Part shown: positions 51,357-60,810 of the stretch, piece by piece
How the letters are laid out: each line of letters opens with the position of its first letter
How positions within the stretch are numbered: the stretch's first letter is position 1
Position numbers and translations under genes: made by a program
The notes under the pieces: generated by a model
The model's input: the letters and a program-made list of their open reading frames with translations, nothing else
Database searches by the model: none
What the model was told of the DNA's origin: nothing
NCBI GenBank assembly: GCA_963842945.1
Contig: CAWJIM010000002.1
Coordinates: 224,001-288,000 of the forward strand
Direction: 5' to 3'
Length of the DNA: 64,000 nt
DNA from: an uncultured Gemmatimonadales bacterium
GTDB lineage: Bacteria; Gemmatimonadota; Gemmatimonadetes; Gemmatimonadales; GWC2-71-9

Positions 51357-53517
51357 GTGGTGCCCGAACGACTGGGAGTGATCGCGCTGGTAGCTGCGGC
51401 CTGGATCGGCACCCCCCACAATGCCTGGGCTCAATCTCCGTACAGCGACATCCGCTCTTCGGCCGAGGTTGGATCGATCGGGTTCCGCTTCACCGGAACC
51501 GAGACCTTTCCCTCTGCGGAGCTGGGGGAAGTGCTGGCTCTGAAAGGCCGCAAGTCACTCTACCAAGTGCGCCAGCTGGCCGCCGCGCTGCCGCTCATCG
51601 GACCGCCGCCGAAGTATCGCTTCGACCCGGTCGAGCTGCAGAAAGATGTGGTGAGGCTTACGCGGTTTTATCAGCATTCCGGATTCGTGCGTCCGGCAGT
51701 TGACTACGAGCTCCGGATTAACGATCAGGGATACGTGGTCGACGTGGAGTTCGTGATCTCGGAAGGTCCCTTCGTGAGGCTGCGTGATCTGTGGGTAGCG
51801 ACGAGAGCCGGTCAGGCCGAAGGGCCCTTTCCCGACTCGTTGCGACCGGGGTGGACCAAGCTCCAGAGGGACTTGCTGAAGACCCGCGGCCAGCGCTTCG
51901 GCGACGCCGAGGCGACCTCGATGGAAGGGAAGGCCCGGGCGTGGCTCCATGATCACGGGTATCCCCTGGCCAAGGTTCAAGCCGCTCGCCAGGTAGACTC
52001 CAACCAGGTTGACGTCACCCTGCGGGTGGAGCCGGGCCGACGCCAGCGGGTGGCGCAACGTGAGCATCGATGGCCAGCGCTCGGTCAGCGACCGGGTGAT
52101 TCTGCGCGAGCTTCCCTTCCGTCCCGGTGACTGGTACTCGGCCCAGGACCTGACGGAAGGGAGACAGCGCCTCCAGCAGATTGACCTGTTCCGCCAGGCG
52201 CAGCTGAACGTGGAGCTCAAGCAACCGTCCGACACCACGGTGGGTGTGCGGGTGGAGGTCCTCGAGGGGGGTCCTCGGGTCTCACTCGCAGAGCTGGGAT
52301 ATATCTCCGAGGGAGCCGGCATATCGGGCCGGGTCCAGTGGACCCACCCGAACTTCACCGGCGGCGCTCGGAGTCTTACTGCATCAGTGGAGGGACAGAG
52401 CGGAATTGGCTCGGTGGCCTCGCAGAAGGAAAAACTGCTGCGGGGGTCTCTCACCCTCACCCAACCTTACGTCTACATGCCGCGGCTCTCGCTGGGCATC
52501 GGCCCGTTCAGTGAATACCGCGACGATCTGCAGGACCGCTCCATCGCCGTTGGTGTCTCGGCAATCTTCCTCTACCGCCTGGGCACCCTGAACACCATTG
52601 CACTCAGATACCAGTACGAGGCGAGCCACATCTACGAGTACCGTTTCGGCACCTCGTCGGACGGGAGCACCACGCTGGCCCGGCTGCTCGCCCTCAACAA
52701 TCCGGCGCTCCAGGACTCGCTGGGCCGGGATCTCGACAAGAGCTCGGTGACATTGACCGGCTCCTTCGGCAAAGCCGACAACCTGGCCAATCCCCGAAAG
52801 GGCTGGTCCGTCCGCCCGCGAGCGGAGATCACGGTCCCGTCCGGGATTACCACCGTGCAGTTCGGACGATTGGACCTGACACTCGCGGGCTATCACCCCA
52901 TCAGCCGGAAGACCACGCTCGCTGCCCGGATGTCGGTGGGCCGGCTGTTTCCCTTCGGCAAGAGTGTTCCGCTGGCGGGTGACAGTCCAGTGTTCTCGCT
53001 CATTCGCTTGCGGGACGAGACCATGACCGCAGGCGGCACCGACGATGTGCGCGGCTGGGGCAGCCGTCTCCTCGGGCCGAAGTTCCCCGCGGTCGATGCC
53101 CATATAGAAGGCAGCGACACCCTTCTCTCCGCCGACAGCTACGTGCCGGCGGGAATGCTGGCCCGCTTTGCCGGAACCCTCGAGCTCCGCTTTCCCTTCC
53201 CCGGCCTGACCAGTGCCTGGGGAGCCCAGCTGTTTCTGGACGCGGGCAAGGTCTGGACTCCGGATGATCGCTTCAAGCTGGCGCTGCTGGAGGGAGAAAC
53301 CGATCTGCGTTTTTCGCTGGGCACCGGGATCAGCTATCAAACTCCGGTCGGCGCCATTCGCCTGGGTCTGGGATACAAGCTGAATCCGTCCGATCTGGAT
53401 GTCCGGGACGCTGGTGAGGTGCTGGCTGCGTTGGAGCAGGGCTTACCGGCAACCACGGCGGAAACGGACTGGTCCCGGCGGCTGCATCTTCATCTCTCCT
53501 TTGGCATGGCTCTCTGA
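51357..53517 (+). CDS. TamA/BamA family Omp85 protein with POTRA domains (frameshift near 52050)
   Basis: POTRA-like repeats, AGG..DVRGW, LFLDAG.VW, G.GISY.TPVGAIR, HLSFG. Confidence 0.88.
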
Positions 53518-53518
53518 G

Positions 53519-54052
53519 TCAGCGGCTCTTCGTTTTCGTTTTAAGAATGCGCACCACTGACAGTATCGTGTTCCAGTTCCGAGTGGTGGCCGGAACGCTG
53601 AACAGCTTGTCGATCTGGCCCAGGTAGCCGATCGTGCGCATGTGACGGCGGTACTCTCCGAAGACAAAGCAGCTCTCGGCCGCAACCAGTCGCACCAGCC
53701 AGTCGCCCTCTCTGGGAAGTGACAGCGGAAGAGCCTCCCGCACTCGTCCGGGCTTCGTGAGTACGGTAAGGAACCGAACTACTTCGGGGGGGTGCTCCGC
53801 TTCGAATGGATTCTCCGTCTCGATCCGAAGCAGATCGCGGCCCTCGCAGATGGCCACCGCCGCTTCGAACGGCAGCCTTCCGAGCAGGGCGGCGCGGAAA
53901 CGGCTTCGGGCGCCGGGTTTGCGCACCACGAACGTCCCGGCCGCTCCCACATTCACTACATCATACTGATTCAGCTCTCGGGCCAGGACGCTGGGCCGGA
54001 AGGTCCGGTGGCCGCCCACGTTGACGCCGCGGAGAAAGACCACCAGGGCCAA
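53519..54052 (-). CDS. DUF1697 family protein
   Basis: FLRGVNVGG and TTRNWNT. Confidence 0.88.
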   Translation of the reverse strand: MALVVFLRGVNVGGHRTFRPSVLARELNQYDVVNVGAAGTFVVRKPGARSRFRAALLGRLPFEAAVAICEGRDLLRIETENPFEAEHPPEVVRFLTVLTKPGRVREALPLSLPREGDWLVRLVAAESCFVFGEYRRHMRTIGYLGQIDKLFSVPATTRNWNTILSVVRILKTKTKSR

Positions 54053-54055
54053 GGG

Positions 54056-54628
54056 TCAGGCACCTCGCTCCCGCTCTGGTCGTGGTACTTCGTACTTGAG
54101 CTCGGCGAACCCGGTTCCCACCGCCCGGACAGTCACCAGCCGAAGCGGCGGACTCGTGATCCTGCGCGGCAGGAGCGGCTTTCCTGCACCCAGTGTCACC
54201 GACCCGATCTGCACGTGGATCTCGTCGAGCAGACCCTGATCGTGGAACTGCCCGGCGAGATCGCCTCCACCCACGATCCAGACGTTCTTCCCTCCAGCGG
54301 CCTGGACCATAGCCTGATGCACCGGCCGAACGTCTCCCCTCACGAATCGAATGTCGGCCTCCGGCACCCCCGGCAGCGCGCGAGAGGTGAAAACCCAGGC
54401 AGGCAGGTCGTAGGGCCATGGTTGGGGATGGTCCGCCTCGGGACCGACCACGTGACGCAGCATCCACTGGTAGGTGGCGGACCCCATCGCGAGCGCGCCG
54501 ATCTCACGAATGAAATCGGGATAGCTGGTCTCGGAGAGGTCGCCCAGGGGAAAGAGCCAGTCCAGCGAGTCGTCCGGATCGGCAATGAATCCGTCCAGGC
54601 TGGTGGCGGTGAAGTACTGGGTCTTCAT
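54056..54628 (-). CDS. Dihydrofolate reductase-like (RibD C-terminal) protein
   Basis: ATSLDGFIA, MGSATY, WIVGGG.LA, GLLDE, LGAGKPL. Confidence 0.9.
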   Translation of the reverse strand: MKTQYFTATSLDGFIADPDDSLDWLFPLGDLSETSYPDFIREIGALAMGSATYQWMLRHVVGPEADHPQPWPYDLPAWVFTSRALPGVPEADIRFVRGDVRPVHQAMVQAAGGKNVWIVGGGDLAGQFHDQGLLDEIHVQIGSVTLGAGKPLLPRRITSPPLRLVTVRAVGTGFAELKYEVPRPERERGA

Positions 54629-54958
54629 AGACCGGGCCGCGAGGCTCTTCGGCGCTCGCTTGCGCCAGGCCGACGTGAGGGCCTCTCGAACCGGGCCTTT
54701 ACGAGCGGATCGCAGCCTGACGTTGGTGCAGCCTGCCCGCCCCCAGGCGCCGGACACGGGAGTGAAGGTCTGGGGATCCGCTCGTACCAGCCACTCCTGC
54801 TCCTCCGGCGCGAGCTTGACCATTGCCCAACCGCGGCCGGGGTAGCCCAGGGTGGCGAAGATTCGGTTTTTCACCCGGAAGTCCGGATGGCCCATGTGAG
54901 CGGATTCGGTCACTTCGGGTAAACTCAACGCTAGCTGGCGGAACTCCTGAGCGGTCAC
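54629..54958 (-). CDS. MmcQ/YjbR family protein (in frame with the downstream DHFR-like gene)
   Basis: LALSLP...HMGHPDFRV..RIFATL..GAWGR.G.T. Confidence 0.85.
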
Positions 54959-54973
54959 TGGTACCAGGCCTCG

Positions 54974-55429
54974 CTACCGCAACCAGCAGCTCGAGCTCGC
55001 CCGCAGCACCCGAGCTGCTCCGTCGCTGCCCACGAGCTGCAGCACGATGGGAGCATGCTCGCACTCGTTCCCATCGGGGTATACGAACACCTGGGCCGTG
55101 TCTCCCCGCCGCTCGCCGGTCCACGCTTGCATCCGGCGCTCCCACCGCGAGAGCGATGGGCGGTGAGCCCGGCCGGCGGTGAGACCCCAGCTCACCGCCG
55201 CGGCGGAAGCCGAAACCCGGGCGAGGTCGATTGAATCCTGGCGAATGGCGGCGTGGATGTAGCGGCGAATCGGCTTGGCATACGCGGTTCCCGGCCAGTC
55301 AGCGGTGTACGGCTGCCAGACCAACGCTCCGAGTCCCAGGCCGGCCAGGCCGAGCGCGGTGAGATAGAGTGGCATCTTGCCGTTGATCATCGATCCTCCA
55401 GGCACGCGGAACTTAGCCTGGATATACAT
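54974..55429 (-). CDS. Hypothetical membrane-anchored/secreted protein
   Basis: ORF with an N-terminal hydrophobic segment; start uncertain. Confidence 0.55.
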   Translation of the reverse strand: MYIQAKFRVPGGSMINGKMPLYLTALGLAGLGLGALVWQPYTADWPGTAYAKPIRRYIHAAIRQDSIDLARVSASAAAVSWGLTAGRAHRPSLSRWERRMQAWTGERRGDTAQVFVYPDGNECEHAPIVLQLVGSDGAARVLRASSSCWLR

Positions 55430-55456
55430 CCGATTGCCGCGATCGGCGATGCTGGG

Positions 55457-55596
55457 TAGCTGGGAGCTTCTAGCTGGGAGCTTCTAGCTGGGAGCTTCTA
55501 GTTGGGAGCTTCTAGCTGGCTAGCTTCTTAGCTTCTAGCTTCTAGCTCCTAGCTCCTAGCTCCTAGCTTCTAGCTCCTAGCTCCCAGCTTCCCAGC
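55457..55596. repeat. Heptamer tandem array with AGCT core
   Basis: (TAGCTGGGAGCTTC)x~4 followed by about ten TAGCTYC units. Confidence 0.9.
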
Positions 55597-55640
55597 CCCC
55601 ATTGTGCAGGGCGCCTCGACGGCGGCGTCTCCCCGCGAGC

Positions 55641-56774
55641 ATGACATTGTCCCACCAGGAATGGTCGAGCCGGGCGGCTCACTGGGCGGCGGCGCTCGTT
55701 CTGGTCGCTTTCATGGCCTGCGAGCACAGCTCTCCGGCTGAGCCGGAGCCACCCCAAGCACTGCCACCGGTCTCATCCGCCTCACCGGTCCGGCTCACCT
55801 TTAATCGGGCGGACGACCGCACCCCATCCTGGTTGCCGGATGGTTCGGGCATCATCTACTCGAGCGAGCGGCAAGACCGCAGCGATCGCGATCGCTGCCT
55901 CAATGTTCTTCCTCCCGGCGGCGGTACCATCTCGGCGAACTACTGTCAGCTCCACCCCATACACGACGACTCCACCGACCTCATGGAATCGCCCGCCCAG
56001 CATGCCGACGGGCGGCTCTTCTATCACCGAGTTATTTCCTGGGTAGGTCAGCAGAAATTGGGTGCCTCGGCGCTGGTGCTGGGAAGCCGGGAGGCGCCCC
56101 TGCAGGCCACGGTGCTCCAGCCACTCCCTTACACGGCTCCGAATGGGAGGTTCCATTCCAGCATTCGGACCCCGCAGTGGATTGGCCGAGACAGTCTGCT
56201 CTATCTGGCCGAGCTGATCTTCTACGAGGGATCCACCTTCTTTCCCGACACCTTCTACACCGGGCTCGACGCCACCATCCTCGATCTCTCCGGAGCCACG
56301 CCGCGGGTGGAGGTCATACCGGGTACCGATTATGCCTCGGGGGTGGCGCTAGGTGAGGATGGTCAGACCATCTACTACACCTTGGGTGGTGACTCCCGGG
56401 TATACCGCCGATCGCTTTCGACCGGCGAAGTTACCACCCTGTATGACTTCGGGCCCGGAACTATTGCGCGTGACCCCCAGGTTCGGGGCACGCGCCTCGT
56501 CGCCGTGGTCGGAGGCAGCGTGCTCTATCGCTTCGAGGATGCCCACGGCAACGTGCAGCGGGACGAGGGCGGAGACCTGATGTTCGTTAACCTGAGCGAC
56601 GGGAGTTTCCGTCTCTTCCCCGGCGATTCCGTCCTCTTCCGGCATCCGGTTATCTCACCCGACGGCTCCCATGTAGTGGTCGAGGTGCAGCCTTTCGCCC
56701 CAGTACACAGCGAGTTGGACTCGGATTTCAACGCACCCAATCATCGAGCCGACCTCTGGCTCTTTGCCATGTAG
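55641..56774 (+). CDS. TolB-like/PD40 beta-propeller lipoprotein
   Basis: Lipobox FMAC, PSWLPDGSGIIYSS, HPVISPDGSHVV. Confidence 0.75.
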   Translation: MTLSHQEWSSRAAHWAAALVLVAFMACEHSSPAEPEPPQALPPVSSASPVRLTFNRADDRTPSWLPDGSGIIYSSERQDRSDRDRCLNVLPPGGGTISANYCQLHPIHDDSTDLMESPAQHADGRLFYHRVISWVGQQKLGASALVLGSREAPLQATVLQPLPYTAPNGRFHSSIRTPQWIGRDSLLYLAELIFYEGSTFFPDTFYTGLDATILDLSGATPRVEVIPGTDYASGVALGEDGQTIYYTLGGDSRVYRRSLSTGEVTTLYDFGPGTIARDPQVRGTRLVAVVGGSVLYRFEDAHGNVQRDEGGDLMFVNLSDGSFRLFPGDSVLFRHPVISPDGSHVVVEVQPFAPVHSELDSDFNAPNHRADLWLFAM

Positions 56775-56866
56775 CTGGGAGCTAGGAGCTGGGAGCTGAT
56801 GCTTGGTATGTTCTGGCTGTAGCTGATACCTTCTAAGCTCCAAGCTCCAAGCTCCAAGCTCCTAGC
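56772..56866. repeat. Inverted AGCT-core heptamer arrays between convergent genes (likely terminator hairpin)
   Basis: tagctgggagctaggagctgggagct ... aagctccaagctccaagctccaagctcctagc. Confidence 0.8.
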
Positions 56867-56909
56867 CCCCGCTCACTAGACCTAAGTTTAGTTTCACCGC
56901 GACTAGCGA

Positions 56910-58461
56910 CTATCGGCTTTCCCCCACAAATTCCCTTTTCCGATCCAGGCTCCGATACTGTATCGCCTCACTGACGTGGGCCGTCGTGAGCTCGGCCGAC
57001 CCTGCCAGGTCTGCGATGGTTCGCGCGATCTTGAGCACCCGATGGTAGGCCCGCGCCGAGAGCCCCAATCGAGTCACCGCCTGCTTGAGCACCGCCTCCA
57101 CGGCATCGCTCAATCGGCAGTGGCGACGCAGGTCGCGCGCAGTCATGTGCGCATTGGCGTGGACCCCGCGCTGCCCCTGAAACCGCGCGCGCTGCACCGC
57201 GCGGGCCCGCTCGACCCGGATTCGAATGGCTGCGCTGCTCTCGTCGGACTGGGTTCCGACCAGATCGCCGTAAGCCACGGCGGGGACCTCGAGGTGAATG
57301 TCGATCCGGTCGAGCAGCGGACCCGAGATCCGGGAGCGGTAGCGCTCGATCGAGAGCGGCCCGCAGCTGCAGGAGTGGAGCGGATCGCCGAAATAACCAC
57401 AGGGACAGGGATTCATGGCTGCGGCAAGCATGAAGCGGGCGGGATAGGTGAGACTGACGGCCGCGCGACTGAGGGTGACCACGCCGTCTTCCATGGGCTG
57501 CCGCAGCACCTCGAGCACGTTCCTGCGGAATTCCGGCAGCTCGTCGAGGAAGAGCACGCCACCGTGAGCCAGGCTGACCTCTCCCGGCCGGGGCGAAGAG
57601 CCACCGCCGATCAGGCCCGCATCGCTGATGGTGTGGTGCGGCGCCCGGAACGGCCGAACCGGTCAGGAGCGATTGCCCGGCCACCAGCGTGCCCGCGACG
57701 CTGTGGATCTTGGTGGTCTCGAGCGCCTCCTCCAGGCTCATCGAGGGAAGGATGGAGGGGAGGCGGCGGGCCAGCATGGTTTTTCCCGCGCCGGGAGGGC
57801 CGAGCAGCACGATGTTGTGGCCGCCGGCAGCCGCCACCTCCAAGGCGCGCTTGGCGGCGGCCTGGCTCCGGACGTCGGCAAAGTCGGCCTCGTCCGACGC
57901 ACCTGCGCTCATGAGCGTGGCTACGTCGGCTCGGGCCGCGGGAATGGGATTTTTGCCCAGCAGGTGACCGCACACTTCGAGCAGAGTGCGGGCGCCGCAG
58001 ACCTCCAGTCCTTCGACCACCGAGGCCTCGGGGACATTGGCGTGAGGAACCAGGATACCGCGGAATCCGGCCGAACGGGCGGCGAGAGCCATGGAAAGGG
58101 CACCGCGCACGGGGCGCAGATCTCCCTCGAGCCCGACCTCGCCCAACACCATGTGCTCCTTGAGGCCGTCTTCGGGCAGCTGGCCGCTGGCCACCAGAAT
58201 GCCGAGCGCGATGGGAAGATCGAAAGCCGAGCCGTCTTTACGAATGTCGGCCGGGGCAAGGTTGACCGTGATGCGGCGGAGCGGGAAACAAAAGCCGGCG
58301 TTCACCAGCGCCGCACTGACCCGTTCCCTGCCCTCTTTTACCGCGCCATGGGGAAGGCCGACTGTCGAGAAAGAGGGCAATCCGTTGGTAATGTCCACCT
58401 CGACATCCACCGGATAGGCGTCGATGCCGAGGACCGCGGCAGAACCGATTCGGGCCAGCAA
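56910..58461 (-). CDS. comM: ComM/YifB Mg-chelatase-like AAA+ ATPase (frameshift near 57660)
   Basis: [63 protein letters not shown]. Confidence 0.95.
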
Positions 58462-58661
58462 AGGTCGGAACGCGTTATAAGGAAAGAGGAACCGCAAGGT
58501 AGCCCGGGCCCGATCGGGGCCAGGTACCCCGCTGGCGCAACTGTGGACCGATTCGTGCAGCATTTTTCAGCAGGTGTCGGTTTCGGCACCGCTCAGACCC
58601 GTCCGGCGGAGTACCCCCCAGGCCCGCTGCCGCGACGAGGCGCTCAGATCCGGAGTCATAC

Positions 58662-59118
58662 ATGAGTCGGTGGTTCAGCGCTGTCCTTCTTCTGGTGAGG
58701 TACCGGCGCCTGCGCAGCACCGCGGGCCGCCGGCGCGCCGCTGGCCCCATTGGGCCGTTCCTGGGCGGTTCCTACGCTGGGACTCTATCAGAAGTGGTGG
58801 GAAGAGACGGTCGCCTGCTCGGGCAAACAGGGCAAGATGACCGACGTCGCCTTCTACGCGGTGGATGCTCCGGCGGGCGCGATCGAGCTGAACGGCGAAA
58901 TGGCCCACGCCTGGTGGGTGCGCGAGGGCAACCGGATTTACCTCCCCGCCAGCGGGCTGGGTGAGGAGTGGCTGGTCCGGCACGAGATGCTGCACGCGCT
59001 GCTTCAGCGGGGGAGCCATCCGGCCAGCGTATTCGTCGAGGCGTGTCATGTTGCCTCAGCAGCGGTGTGGCGCGACTCCACCCTGACCGTCGATCCGGGG
59101 AATCCGCGCGGACGGTAA
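58662..59118 (+). CDS. Small secreted HExxH protein (frameshifted)
   Basis: Y..WW..T.ACSG, VRHEMLHALL..HP..F...C. Confidence 0.65.
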
Positions 59119-59237
59119 ACTTGAAGGCGGCCTCCGTTTTGCTGCCCGTTTAGTGGTGACTTCTGTGGCCGGTGTTTCCCATCCTTCGGGGGGATGCATC
59201 CAGCAGACCTTCTCGCATTTCGCGGGAGCTGATCGGC

Positions 59238-60810
59238 ATGAAAGGACCCTCCGCTAAGGCCCGCTGGGGCGGGCTCATAGCGATCCTCGTCGCTCTCCAT
59301 TCTTACTGGAGGATGGCTGCTTCGCCGGAAAGCAGCGCCGGAGGGTACCGTCTATCAGCAGGCCCGCCTCTTCGAAAACGTCGTCGGCTCCATCCACAGC
59401 CACTACATCGATTCCATCGGCGAGGGCGACCTCTACCAGACCGCCGCCAAGGCGCTGGTCGCCTCCCTCCACGATCCCTACGCCGAGCTGCTCACCAGGG
59501 AGAGCTACCGCCAGTACCAGCGGCAGATGTCCGGCACCGAGGTGGATGTCGGCCTGGCCGAGGGGAACGGCATCGGGAGCGCTCGCGGCGCCTTTGCTCC
59601 CGGAGACGTCATCCTGAGCATCGATGGGAGGAGCACCGCGGGCTGGTCGGCCCGCCGGCTGGAAGAGGCTCTCGCGGGAGGCACCGGAACCACCGTCACC
59701 GTTCTGGTCCGGCCCTGGGGCTCGAGCACACCCGTAGTGCGGCGACTTACCCGCACCGTGGTTCACGTCCCGGCTGCCTCCGAAGGCGTTTTCCTCGGCT
59801 CCGGGGTCGGCTACATCGAGCTCCGCCGCATCAGCGATGGAGCGGCGACCGAGCTGCGGCAGGCGATCAATCGGCTGGTGAACGATGGAATGACGTCACT
59901 GGTGCTGGATCTGCGCGGCGATCCCGGGGGGCTGATCAATGAGGGGGTAAAGGTCGCGAGCCTGTTCCTCAACCCCGGCGACACGGTAGCCATCTCCGAA
60001 GGACGCTCACCCGAACACTCCAAGGTGTATCTCGCTGGCTTGTCCGGTGGATGGAACGACCTGCGGGTGGCACTTCTGGTCAATCACGGCACCGCAAGCT
60101 CGGCGGAGTTGATCGCGGGTGCGCTCCAGGATCACGACCGCGCGGTTATCCTGGGCACGCCGAGCTTCGGCAAAGGCGTGCTGCAGACCACCTATCCTCT
60201 GGGCGAGGAGATCGCGATCAAGCTGACCACGGCTCGCTGGTACACTCCCAGCGGCCGCACGGTGCAGCGACCCCGCCCCGACGGCGAAGGCGCGGTGGGC
60301 AACCGGCCGCCGTCGCTGATGCCGCGGCTCTTCCACTCCGATGCCGGACGCGCCATTCCAGACGCCAGCGGCATCCTGCCCGATCTGACCATTCGAGGCA
60401 CACCGCGATCGGACGCGGAGCGCGCGCTGCTGTCCGCGCTGGGTGAGGACATCGGTCAGTTCCGGGGCGTGCTGTCCGACTACGCTGAAGATGTTCAGAA
60501 ATCACCCGGTGCGCCGAAGTTCCAGTCCTTCCGGGTGAGCGACGAAATGCGGGAAGACGTGTATCAGCGGATGCAGCAGATCGGCCTGGACCTGCCCCGC
60601 CCGACCTATGACAACGCCTCGGCCTACATCGACGAGCAGCTCGGCTATGAGATCACCCGGGCGGTGTTTGGCCCGGTTACCGAGGCCCGGCGGCGCGCCC
60701 TGTCCGACCGTCAGATGCAAACGGCGGTGCGGCTGCTGCGGCGGTCCCGGTCCCAGGACCAGGCAATTGCGATCGCGGCCGCCGAGCGGGCGAAGGGAAT
60801 GGCCCGCTAG
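59238..60810 (+). CDS. S41 family C-terminal processing protease (N-terminal frameshifts)
   Basis: L.DPY, PDZ-like region, LDLRGDPGG, TASSAE, FGKG..Q, LTTARWYTPSGR. Confidence 0.92.

Noticed and set aside
14393..53517. Integrative element or prophage
   Set aside because: No integrase, transposase, tRNA, att-like direct repeats or phage genes were recognised.
55457..55596. CRISPR array
   Set aside because: Units are 7/14 bp with no unique spacers, and there are no cas genes.
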